A DNA stretch of 20,000 bases from an uncultured virus (IMG/VR IMGVR_UViG_3300022562_001918) (taxonomy: Duplodnaviria; Heunggongvirae; Uroviricota; Caudoviricetes), in the IMG/VR virus record IMGVR_UViG_3300022562_001918. The stretch is one strand, 5' to 3'. Under the pieces are notes generated by a model. It saw nothing but the letters and a program-made list of their open reading frames with translations. It was not told the origin of the DNA and ran no database searches. Made by a program: the position numbers and the translations under genes. Shown here piece after piece: positions 1 to 7,244 of this stretch (within the stretch, counting starts at the first letter, position 1; each line of letters opens with the position of its first letter).

Positions 1-189
1 CAATTCGAGGAGGCTACCCAACGATTCCAAGAATGCTCCCTTATCGATGACAGCGAATCCGCTGTTGCCGAATCCATGAGAGTACAAATCAGCTCCAGGC
101 TGGGCATCCACTACGCCCAGTCCCTGCCCTTCACTAAGGGCATCCAAGAAACACGGCAAGCCATGTGCGACGTCATCTTTCTTGTGTGA
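1..189 (+). CDS. 3' end of a hypothetical protein (partial, ...RQAMCDVIFLV*)
   Basis: Frame 1 is open from base 1 to TGA 187-189 and is followed by the terminator/promoter module seen after other cassette genes. Confidence 0.65.
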   Translation, partial: QFEEATQRFQECSLIDDSESAVAESMRVQISSRLGIHYAQSLPFTKGIQETRQAMCDVIFLV

Positions 190-220
190 GCAATCCGCCC
201 TCTGAGAAATCAGGGGGCAT

Positions 221-244
221 GGCACCTTCGGGTGCCTTCTTAGC
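221..244 (+). terminator. Intrinsic terminator-like hairpin GGCACC-TTCG-GGTGCC + TTCTTAGC
   Basis: Perfect 6-bp stem, C(UUCG)G loop, short T-tract. Confidence 0.7.
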
Positions 245-253
245 TATCAGGAT

Positions 254-276
254 CACTCGACCTTTTCGGGCATAAG
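254..276 (+). promoter_or_regulatory. Putative phage promoter copy 1: CACT-N11-GGCATAAG
   Basis: Repeated bipartite motif; ATG 283 follows after 6 nt with no SD. Confidence 0.75.
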
Positions 277-282
277 ATTGGT

Positions 283-549
283 ATGAAGGAAAAACTACTT
301 ACCAACATGCTCAATCACATCAACTCGGAAATGAAGATCGCGGCCGAACTCGCGGACAGGTCCGAGAAGATGTCTCTCTCTCAAATGCAGAGAACCGAGG
401 CTTCGAAGCGCACCGAGCGCTTCCTGTGCAATGTGCACATGGAAGTGTCGACGTGCGTCCACGAAGGTCTGTTCTCCCGCGAAGAGGCGGATGCTCTTCT
501 CCAGCTGTCCAAGAGCGTCGAGGCGACGTACAAATACGCGCTGATGTAG
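283..549 (+). CDS. Hypothetical protein, 88 aa, probably leaderless
   Basis: ORF directly after the promoter motif; N-terminus MKEKLLTN nearly identical to ORF 5922 (MKKKLLTN). Confidence 0.8.
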   Translation: MKEKLLTNMLNHINSEMKIAAELADRSEKMSLSQMQRTEASKRTERFLCNVHMEVSTCVHEGLFSREEADALLQLSKSVEATYKYALM

Positions 550-608
550 CCGAGCTTGGCGGTAGCCCCCTCAACGCAGGGGTGCGACTGCACAAACAAC
601 GCACACCA

Positions 609-646
609 TTTTTTTAGCCTGAGCACTGCTTGAAATCAGGCATAAG
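609..646 (+). promoter_or_regulatory. T-tract TTTTTTTAGC + promoter copy 2 (CACT 624-627, GGCATAAG 639-646)
   Basis: Same motif and spacing; followed by SD AAGGAG and ATG 667. Confidence 0.75.
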
Positions 647-666
647 AGTAATGAAAGGAGATTCTT

Positions 667-903
667 ATGTCGCGAACATACCGTTCGCAGTGCTACGGAT
701 CTCGCAAGTCCACTCGTGAAGAGTTGGCCCGCCTGGAGCACGAGCTCGAGCGGCAGTACCGCGCACATTGTCGTGCCGACGCCCAAGCCCATGATGAGAT
801 CATGGAAGAGGCGTTGAGCGATGAGGTGTCCCGGAACAGCCGTCGACTCGCTCGCTGCTCCTCGAGGACCGACTCCAGCGAGCGGTTTGCGATGAGCAAG
901 TAG
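667..903 (+). CDS. Hypothetical charged helical protein, 78 aa
   Basis: SD AAGGAG upstream of ATG; lies downstream of the promoter motif. Confidence 0.75.
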   Translation: MSRTYRSQCYGSRKSTREELARLEHELERQYRAHCRADAQAHDEIMEEALSDEVSRNSRRLARCSSRTDSSERFAMSK

Positions 904-939
904 CACTGCGAAAGCAGATGCTCGAGAAAAGAGCCCCTC

Positions 940-1097
940 CAGGAGGTCGCACAGTTCGAGTGCGCGCTCCCGTTATGCTTGGCGTCTACCTAGCTGGAAC
1001 AACCTTTGGAGTCTTAAGTGATGAAAGGCCAGCAAAGAGGCGCCCGGATAGGGATGCTAAAAGTACGCACCAAGCTGTGCGACTTCCTGTTTTTTTA
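940..1097 (+). ncRNA. Candidate structured RNA (long rod-like hairpin, ~150 nt) ending in a T-tract
   Basis: CAGGAGGTCGCACAGTT (940-956) pairs with AGCTGTGCGACTTCCTG (1073-1089), 17 bp with 2 G-U; nested stems GTGCG/CGCAC, GGCGTCT/AGGCGCC, GCTGG/CCAGC, CCTTT/AAAGG. Confidence 0.6.
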
Positions 1098-1127
1098 GCC
1101 TGATCACTGCCTGTTTGCGGGCACAAG
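1090..1127 (+). promoter_or_regulatory. TTTTTTTAGC + promoter copy 3 (CACT 1105-1108, GGCACAAG 1120-1127)
   Basis: Same spacing, one-base variant of the octamer. Confidence 0.7.
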
Positions 1128-1175
1128 GATCATAGAAGGGAACACTTCCGTTCCCTCAAAACAAAGGAGATCTAT

Positions 1176-1799
1176 ATGTCCAGTAAAGCAGCAAAGAAAA
1201 AGACTATCCCCGAACTTACCGAGGAGCAGCGTAACCTCATCCTCGTTACCGCGCACCTTGTCCCAGAGCTTACCCCCGAAGCTCTTTGCCACAATGCGTC
1301 CGGCCCTGACTGTGACGACATCACCCCCGATCAGCTCGACCAGATGTCTGACGACATGTGGATTCAGTGGGGTAGATGCTGCAGACTCACTGAGTCCGGC
1401 GAGAAAAAGGCTCAAGCCATCATAGATGGAGACAGAGTTCTTCGCACGGCGGTGTTCGTTGTCTATCGCGGTCTTCTTAAAGAGAAGGACACCCGGATTG
1501 ATGAGCTAAAGAAGCGCATCGAGGAGCTCGGGGACATCAACGAAAATCTCCACGAGCAGATAAAGGAACAATCCACTCTCATGAGAGAGGTCGAAAACAA
1601 GATCGGGACCATGCGGCAAAACCGCGATGGCTCGAACTTGTATGTCGCAAAAGACGGCAGCGGGGGACGAAAGTGCTACATCGTTGCGGCCAACATGAAG
1701 GAGGCGGTCGCGAAGATCGAGGCCTGGGGTGTCGAGGAGTTCAGCATCAAGAAGGTGTGCAACTCAGAGAACTTCCTTCTCGGGGATGGGGGGGAGTGA
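1176..1799 (+). CDS. Hypothetical protein, 207 aa, with central coiled coil
   Basis: SD AAGGAG; heptad-like segment KEKDTRIDELKKRIEELGDINENLHEQIKEQ; TGATG coupling to next gene. Confidence 0.8.
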   Translation: MSSKAAKKKTIPELTEEQRNLILVTAHLVPELTPEALCHNASGPDCDDITPDQLDQMSDDMWIQWGRCCRLTESGEKKAQAIIDGDRVLRTAVFVVYRGLLKEKDTRIDELKKRIEELGDINENLHEQIKEQSTLMREVENKIGTMRQNRDGSNLYVAKDGSGGRKCYIVAANMKEAVAKIEAWGVEEFSIKKVCNSENFLLGDGGE

Positions 1800-2134
1800 T
1801 GGAGCGCATTACCAGCAAGCACGTCAATGAGGTCAGGATACTGTCCTATGTCGCCATGCATCCAGATTGCACCGCTGGTGACCTACACGAAGGTAATGCC
1901 TACACTCATCTGACCGCAACCAGCAAGGCCATCAGGTTTCTGTCGAAGGATGGCTTCATTGAGATCAAGAGAGACGATGATGATGGTCGCCGTGTCCGCC
2001 TTCGCGTCACAGCCCAAGGACGAGAGTATCTGGACATTCTGTGCGAAGAGATCCGTTCCTATGCACAAGAGCTACTTGAGATCGTATCGAACATTGAGAT
2101 CCCCGAAAGGACACACCATGTCAATCAAGGATGA
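1799..2134 (+). CDS. MarR-family winged-helix transcriptional regulator, 111 aa (start revised to ATG 1799)
   Basis: Pattern TSKAIRFLSKDGFIEIKRDDDDGRRVRLRVTAQG fits the MarR recognition helix and D-x-R wing; TGATG overlap. Confidence 0.8.
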   Translation: MERITSKHVNEVRILSYVAMHPDCTAGDLHEGNAYTHLTATSKAIRFLSKDGFIEIKRDDDDGRRVRLRVTAQGREYLDILCEEIRSYAQELLEIVSNIEIPERTHHVNQG

Positions 2135-2477
2135 CTGGAAACAAGCACTGCTCCTTCAAGAGCAACTCATCGACTGCCTCGAGATTGTCGAGAAGTACAT
2201 CTGCGATGAGAACATGCCAGCCGCCTTCGTCGCCCTGGGCGAGGCCCTCGGTATCGTCAAGAAAGCAGAGCCCTACCTCGAAAAGTACACGTCCGACAAG
2301 ACAGGACTGGCCACACTCATTCTGGAGTTTGGAAAGAGACCCATCGCCGAAGACATCCTCATCACCTCATCCATTATCGGCATCTTCCAGGCAATGCATC
2401 GGGTCTACGCTATCTACTCCAACGCCGTCAAAGAGGCGGTGGGGAACGAGCTCGACGACGAGCCCCTCAAGCACTGA
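2118..2477 (+). CDS. Hypothetical helical protein, 119 aa (start revised to ATG 2118)
   Basis: SD AAAGGA upstream; short overlap with the MarR gene. Confidence 0.7.
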   Translation: MSIKDDWKQALLLQEQLIDCLEIVEKYICDENMPAAFVALGEALGIVKKAEPYLEKYTSDKTGLATLILEFGKRPIAEDILITSSIIGIFQAMHRVYAIYSNAVKEAVGNELDDEPLKH

Positions 2478-2479
2478 TT

Positions 2480-2660
2480 CAGGGGGGGAACATTAGAGCG
2501 TTGGGCTCAATGCGTTGGGGCAAGGTGGCCCCCCGATATCTGCTTTTCCCGCCTGCTCCGTCCTTGAAAGGTGCGCAGCCAGTCTCACCTTAATTGAGTC
2601 AAACTGGTACGAAAGCCTGTGCCCCGGTAATTCTGCCGGGGGCAGGCTTCGTTCTTTTTC
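2480..2660 (+). ncRNA. Candidate structured intergenic RNA/leader ending in a terminator-like hairpin
   Basis: G7 (2482-2488)/C6 (2529-2534); CATTAGAGC/GCTCAATG; CCAGT/ACTGG; AAGCCTG..CCCCGG/CCGGGG..CAGGCTT (2613-2649) + TTCTTTTTC. Confidence 0.45.
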
Positions 2661-2685
2661 AACACAAACCAAAAGGAGAAATCTA

Positions 2686-3351
2686 ATGTCCAAAATCACC
2701 ATTCAAAACTTCGCTGACGACCTAAGCCGGTTGCTCTGCGAAGACGTCCAAGAGGCCAACGACTTCGCCAGTCTCTACAACCACTTCCTCTCTGTCGCCA
2801 TCGCCGGCGAGCAACTTCGCCGGGCAAGTCTCGCCGAGGGAGAAGGCGACATTGGGTCGATTGAACTCGCGGCGTACGACGCATTTCTGGAAAGCTACAT
2901 CGGCCCCGTCGCTGAAGATCTCCCAGAGGCTCTTATCGCAGTCCTTGAGAACGTGGACGACTTTGCAGAGACTCCCCTGCCCCGCGATCCGTCCATGGCA
3001 GAAGACCTTCTCATCGAAATCGATGAAGTACTCTGCGTTGCTGCGTGCGCCGGACGGGTTGGCAAACTTGCCAAGTACGAAGTTCTCGCTCTCGGGAAGA
3101 CGGCCCGCGACCACATCGCCGCCAACGCCCCTGCCCTCTCCGCTGCCTCGGCCTTTGCCGAAGAGCGCGACCTATTGTTTGCCGACGACCCTCTCTACCC
3201 AGACCTCTTTGCCTTCTACGAGCCCCTGGCTGCCCTCTCGCCAAGCCGCGTGAGTCTCGTTGCCACCTTGCAAAGAGAAGCCCGCCGCGCTCGTCACATT
3301 AAGGCTGCCATGGCCGCCTTCGACGCCAAGCACGCATCCACTGATAACTAA
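2686..3351 (+). CDS. Hypothetical acidic Ala-rich helical protein, 221 aa (start ATG 2686)
   Basis: SD AAGGAG after an A/C-rich leader. Confidence 0.8.
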   Translation: MSKITIQNFADDLSRLLCEDVQEANDFASLYNHFLSVAIAGEQLRRASLAEGEGDIGSIELAAYDAFLESYIGPVAEDLPEALIAVLENVDDFAETPLPRDPSMAEDLLIEIDEVLCVAACAGRVGKLAKYEVLALGKTARDHIAANAPALSAASAFAEERDLLFADDPLYPDLFAFYEPLAALSPSRVSLVATLQREARRARHIKAAMAAFDAKHASTDN

Positions 3352-3379
3352 CAAACAACCCAAACCAAAGGAGATCCCA

Positions 3380-3781
3380 GTGTCCAAAATCACCGTTGAA
3401 GAATTCATGGACAACCATGAGTCACCCGATGAACTCAATCGCTATCGGTCCATGACCGCCCAGGACCACGTCGAAGGTTTTGTCGACGAGAACACCCGCT
3501 TCCACATCATCCGCACCAGCGAGAACTACCGTCCAGCCCAGCTCGACAAGCTAAACGATAGCCTCGACTCTCAGTGCTACATGCTCGAGAAAATCGAGTC
3601 CATCGTCGAAGACTGGGAGGCCAAGGCCGTGCGGACCAAGGACGCAGACCACATCGAGTTCGTCAACCAGCCCGACTACGAGCTCGAGGCCCGCCTCATG
3701 CGCGCCCAGCTCGATGTCGCAAAGGCCAGGTTCGCTGAGAACTTCTCGATGCTGCGACGGCTCAAAGAAGAGAGTGAGTAA
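3380..3781 (+). CDS. Hypothetical protein, 133 aa (GTG start 3380)
   Basis: SD AAGGAG; N-terminus SKIT shared with ORF 2686. Confidence 0.8.
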   Translation: MSKITVEEFMDNHESPDELNRYRSMTAQDHVEGFVDENTRFHIIRTSENYRPAQLDKLNDSLDSQCYMLEKIESIVEDWEAKAVRTKDADHIEFVNQPDYELEARLMRAQLDVAKARFAENFSMLRRLKEESE

Positions 3782-3810
3782 TTCCCAACCAACAACCAAA
3801 GGAGATCTAC

Positions 3811-4338
3811 ATGCCAAAACGTCTAAGTGGCCCTGAGCGCGCGAATCGCGACAACGAGCAAGCAGTCATCTTGCAGCAGATTCTCATGTACCTGTCTTCC
3901 GACCCAGACAAGTACGAAATTGCTGCGAAATGCTTCTTTGACGAGCACTTTCAGAAAGCTCTCACAAAGCGAGGTCTTCTGATGGGCAGCCATCAATATC
4001 ACAAGATCAAACTGCAAACGATCGACGAGTGCCAAAAGGAGTTCGACGCAATCATCCCTTTCATCAAAGAAGAGAATCGAGAGGCGTATCGCTCTTGCTT
4101 TGAAGAAGCTATCGAGTCGATTAGATGCACGCCCAACCGAATTGTTGCCGAGGACTTTGGGCTCTTCATAGATCAGCTTCTCTTCGCACTGCAAACAAGC
4201 ATGCCAGAGGTTTGCGAGAAAGCTGTCGAGGACAACTACTTGGCGGAAAAAGCAAACAGGCTGATGGCTTCGTTCGCTCAAGAAGTCGGGAAAGCGACAT
4301 CGCGCATACAGAACTCGATACGCCTTATCTACCAGTAG
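3811..4338 (+). CDS. Hypothetical protein, 175 aa
   Basis: SD AAGGAG with the same leader style as its neighbours. Confidence 0.8.
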   Translation: MPKRLSGPERANRDNEQAVILQQILMYLSSDPDKYEIAAKCFFDEHFQKALTKRGLLMGSHQYHKIKLQTIDECQKEFDAIIPFIKEENREAYRSCFEEAIESIRCTPNRIVAEDFGLFIDQLLFALQTSMPEVCEKAVEDNYLAEKANRLMASFAQEVGKATSRIQNSIRLIYQ

Positions 4339-4385
4339 GCACCCAGAAGCCAACTCCACACACATAAACAAGAAAGGAAAATCTA

Positions 4386-5396
4386 ATGGGAAAGAGAAAA
4401 AGCAAAACCAACAGCTACAAAAGCAGAAAAAGGAGAACGGTCAATCGCAAAACTGCGTCTGAGCGCCTTGAGTGGATCGAGGCAAGGTGGAGCACCAACC
4501 CAGACATTCCAATCAATGGACGGAATGGGATGCACGAGCTTCTCATGAACGAGTTCGGCGTCACTCAGCGCGACGAGCAACTTGTCCGCATCCGTGAAAG
4601 GATCATGGGCAAGCTGGACAGGAAGAAGCCTCTCGTGACCAGGGACGAGAAAGAGCTTATCGAGGGTGTCCTCCGTAAGTACGAGCAGGCTGAGAAGATC
4701 AAGTCTGCCCAGGTTGCGGCCGCCGACGCTCCTCCTCTGAGGAAAGAAGTGGCACGAAACGAGCCGCCCTCTCCTCCTCCACCGCCAACGCCAAAGGTGC
4801 CTCCTGCTCCACACTCTGTGTCTGAGGACAGGAAGCCGTACCATGAACCGCCTAGGCTGAAGATCATCGACAAAGATGGCGACGTGAGTTACCGGAGAGC
4901 AATGGACGTCATTCCAGCGCCCGGAACCACTCGCTCCAGTGCCGATATCAGAATTCGCTTCGATTGGTGTCGTGAGTACATGAAGCTCAATCCCGATGCT
5001 CAGTACAAGGAGGTCATCGAGGCGTGTCGGAGAGCCTTTGGCATTGGCATCAGTCCCAACGCCCTTGGCGACATCCGCCGCATGCTGGGCAGCGGTCTAA
5101 CGAGGAGACGGAGCCATGAGTCTCATCGTCATCGCAGGGCACCCGTAGGCCGAATCATCCTCGATGATGATGAGGTCGAGCTCGAGCTCGAAGAACCAGA
5201 GACCAAGCCCAGCGCTGCTCCTCGACGAGCTCGCCGGAACACAGAGGTGTCTGCCTCTGCTATCCGAGCCGCTGTCACAATGCTCCTCGACGAGCTTCCG
5301 CGGTTGCGTTCCCTCATCGTGGCTATCGATGAAAACGGCGATCCGGATATCTCATTCGAGATGGAGAGCATTGTCTCAGGAACTGTGACTCTATAG
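4386..5396 (+). CDS. Putative DNA-binding protein, 336 aa; two similar HTH-like domains, Pro-rich linker, basic N-terminus
   Basis: SD AAAGGA; RLEW..NPD..EFGV resembles RFDW..NPD..AFGI; PPSPPPPPTP linker. Confidence 0.7.
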   Translation: MGKRKSKTNSYKSRKRRTVNRKTASERLEWIEARWSTNPDIPINGRNGMHELLMNEFGVTQRDEQLVRIRERIMGKLDRKKPLVTRDEKELIEGVLRKYEQAEKIKSAQVAAADAPPLRKEVARNEPPSPPPPPTPKVPPAPHSVSEDRKPYHEPPRLKIIDKDGDVSYRRAMDVIPAPGTTRSSADIRIRFDWCREYMKLNPDAQYKEVIEACRRAFGIGISPNALGDIRRMLGSGLTRRRSHESHRHRRAPVGRIILDDDEVELELEEPETKPSAAPRRARRNTEVSASAIRAAVTMLLDELPRLRSLIVAIDENGDPDISFEMESIVSGTVTL

Positions 5397-5404
5397 GAGT
5401 CACC

Positions 5405-5435
5405 GGAACCCCGTGGCGGGGGTTCCTTTTTTAGC
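5405..5435 (+). terminator. Intrinsic terminator GGAACCCC/GGGGTTCC + TTTTTTAGC
   Basis: 8-bp perfect stem and T6 just after the stop of ORF 4386. Confidence 0.85.
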
Positions 5436-5458
5436 CAGTCGTCCTTTATAGGCATAAG
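5436..5458 (+). promoter_or_regulatory. Promoter copy 4 (CAGT-N11-GGCATAAG)
   Basis: Same motif and spacing; precedes the candidate ncRNA. Confidence 0.75.
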
Positions 5459-5464
5459 TTCTAT

Positions 5465-5607
5465 GAAAGGATTTTGCGCTATCCTAATTCTGCAGCCGGC
5501 CCGGCTATGGTGCGTGGGGAGAGCCCACGACGGTGTTTTTTCTGAGTGTCAGTTCGTCAGCACTCAGGCTTTTTCGCCCATGAAACACCGGGCTGGCTGC
5601 CCTTTTT
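5465..5607 (+). ncRNA. Candidate stand-alone small RNA (~140 nt, three-way junction)
   Basis: Lies between promoter copy 4 and T-tract 5603-5607; GCAGCCGGCC/GGCTGGCTGC closing stem, CGTGGG/CCCACG, CGGTGTTT/AAACACCG, CTGAGTG/CACTCAG, 5' AGGAT/ATCCT hairpin. Confidence 0.6.
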
Positions 5608-5630
5608 CAGTGGTCAAAATCGGGCATAAG
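5608..5630 (+). promoter_or_regulatory. Promoter copy 5 (CAGT-N11-GGCATAAG)
   Basis: Same motif; followed by ATGAAAGGAG, as in copy 2. Confidence 0.75.
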
Positions 5631-5652
5631 AAGGATGAAAGGAGAATTTCTT

Positions 5653-5835
5653 ATGTCCAAGAAGAGACGACTTCGGTCCATGGGCCAAAGGCAGAAACGA
5701 AACCTCATCGCGCTATACACGGTTGGCATCTCTCTCGTAGGCCTCGCAGCCTACACGATTGTGCTCAGCCCAGTGCTCGGCTCGCTTGGGGTATTCAGTC
5801 TGCTTGCAGGCTTGACTGTGCTCGCATCCAACTGA
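5653..5835 (+). CDS. Small membrane protein, 60 aa (basic N-terminus, 2 hydrophobic segments)
   Basis: SD AAGGAG; MSKKRRLR...LIALYTVGISLVGLAAYTIV...VLGSLGVFSLLAGLTVLA. Confidence 0.75.
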   Translation: MSKKRRLRSMGQRQKRNLIALYTVGISLVGLAAYTIVLSPVLGSLGVFSLLAGLTVLASN

Positions 5836-5860
5836 ACTCAGAACTTCGACTTAACTTACC

Positions 5861-5915
5861 AAGCCCTTCGGGGCTTTTTTAGCCTGCATGATCAGTCCGC
5901 GAAATCTGGCATAAG
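5861..5915 (+). promoter_or_regulatory. Terminator AAGCCC-TTCG-GGGCTT + TTTTAGC fused to promoter copy 6 (CAGT 5893-5896, GGCATAAG 5908-5915)
   Basis: UUCG hairpin, T6 and motif at the conserved spacing. Confidence 0.85.
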
Positions 5916-5921
5916 GTATGT

Positions 5922-6215
5922 ATGAAGAAAAAACTACTTACCAACGAGTATGAAGAAGTTGATTTGGCGCTTGATAGATGGCAAGCCGAGATCAGTTCTC
6001 TTATCACGGACGTGACCGATGACATGAAGCAACAGCGGGAGCTGAGCGACGATGAGCGTCTTGCAATTCTTTCCAGGCACAAAAATGTCCGCGATCAGGT
6101 GGATGTCATTTGGCGGGAAATTTTGCGGATACGCGAAACAACGTCGCCAGGCCCGATGGTCGCATTAGTGAAGCGTTACGTTCCCATAAAGAACTTCGTC
6201 CTGGCCTACCTCTAG
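5922..6215 (+). CDS. Hypothetical helical protein, 97 aa, probably leaderless
   Basis: ATG 6 nt after GGCATAAG. Confidence 0.8.
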   Translation: MKKKLLTNEYEEVDLALDRWQAEISSLITDVTDDMKQQRELSDDERLAILSRHKNVRDQVDVIWREILRIRETTSPGPMVALVKRYVPIKNFVLAYL

Positions 6216-6259
6216 AGGCAGCCAACAACTACTTCTCACTCAGAGCAGAAAAACCAGAC

Positions 6260-6312
6260 AGCCCTTCGGGGCTTTTTTAGCTATCAGCTCAGTCGGTGGA
6301 ATCAGGCATAAG
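6260..6312 (+). promoter_or_regulatory. Terminator AGCCC-TTCG-GGGCT + TTTTTAGC fused to promoter copy 7 (CAGT 6290-6293, GGCATAAG 6305-6312)
   Basis: First 22 bp identical to 5862-5883; motif at the conserved spacing. Confidence 0.85.
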
Positions 6313-6318
6313 AAAGGT

Positions 6319-6705
6319 ATGAAGAAAAAAATAAATCCCATCAAGTTCACTGCACTTGTCTGCAAAGAGCCCGAAGGAATCAGTGCTGAAATCGAGACCG
6401 ATGCCGGCCTTGTCAAAACCATCTGCAACCTACTCGAGAGAACAATGAAAACTCACTCGATCGAGGGTGCTTTGATGGTTGATGTCACGGGTGAGCAAAA
6501 CCTCACGGTCAGAAGTGCTCTTCCCTACGAACTCTTCAAGACTCTGCTCCGCGAGCCTGATGAGGACAAAAACAAACTTCGAGAAGAAGTGAAAGCGATC
6601 AACTGGAGTGTTGGCCCATCCGAGTCCTATATCTCACTTGAGTTCCACGAAGAACTCGAGGGTTTTAAGGGACGCATGGAAGGAATCAACACAATATTTG
6701 ATTGA
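6319..6705 (+). CDS. Hypothetical protein, 128 aa
   Basis: ATG 6 nt after GGCATAAG. Confidence 0.8.
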   Translation: MKKKINPIKFTALVCKEPEGISAEIETDAGLVKTICNLLERTMKTHSIEGALMVDVTGEQNLTVRSALPYELFKTLLREPDEDKNKLREEVKAINWSVGPSESYISLEFHEELEGFKGRMEGINTIFD

Positions 6706-6711
6706 TTACAC

Positions 6712-6765
6712 GCGCCTCACGGCGCTTTTTTAGCTATCAGCTCAGTCCGTGAAATCTGGCATAAG
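6712..6765 (+). promoter_or_regulatory. Terminator GCGCC-TCAC-GGCGC + TTTTTTAGC fused to promoter copy 8 (CAGT 6743-6746, GGCATAAG 6758-6765)
   Basis: Hairpin, T6 and motif at the conserved spacing. Confidence 0.85.
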
Positions 6766-6771
6766 ATTGGT

Positions 6772-7236
6772 ATGAAGGAAAACACAATTACCGTACCGAT
6801 CACTGGACCCGACAAAATCTACAACGTGGAAATCACGTTGCCCGACGACCCGGCGAAAGCGAAAGCTGTTCGAGAATACTACGCACAATCCGAGGCCTTC
6901 GATGACATGAACCGAATGAACCGGCTCATGGCGCCCGAAACCTTCGAGGAATACGCCAGGTGGTCCATCTCTGAAATCGAGAAGAACAAAGAGCTCTTCA
7001 CCAGCATTTTTGCTCATCCGAGCATGGATGTACTGAAGAGCTTTGTCGACATGTCTCGAGACAACATGGAGAAGGTCCTCGGCTACGTCCACGAAGACTT
7101 TCGGAGGCGCTACGAGACGCTCATGACAGAAGTCATCGAAGAGCTGGAAAACTGCGAAAGCCTCGAAGAGTTCTTCGCCATCTACCTGGGTATGACGGCT
7201 CGAATGAAACTCGAGTTTCCAGAGGTCAATCAGTAA
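6772..7236 (+). CDS. Hypothetical acidic protein, 154 aa, probably leaderless
   Basis: ATG 6 nt after GGCATAAG. Confidence 0.8.
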   Translation: MKENTITVPITGPDKIYNVEITLPDDPAKAKAVREYYAQSEAFDDMNRMNRLMAPETFEEYARWSISEIEKNKELFTSIFAHPSMDVLKSFVDMSRDNMEKVLGYVHEDFRRRYETLMTEVIEELENCESLEEFFAIYLGMTARMKLEFPEVNQ

Positions 7237-7244
7237 CCCCTTCG

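Noticed and set aside
940..1089. Hammerhead ribozyme (TGATGA, GAAA present)
   Set aside because: No CUGANGA core or correct three-stem topology
918..1103. 61-aa ORF
   Set aside because: No SD; it coincides with the base-paired rod and runs through the T-tract
5463..5882. 139-aa ORF
   Set aside because: It crosses a T-tract, a promoter and the better-supported SD-led membrane gene; cannot be fully excluded
6757..6772. TGGCAT as a sigma54 -24 element
   Set aside because: No conserved TTGC at -12, and the implied start would fall inside the ORFs
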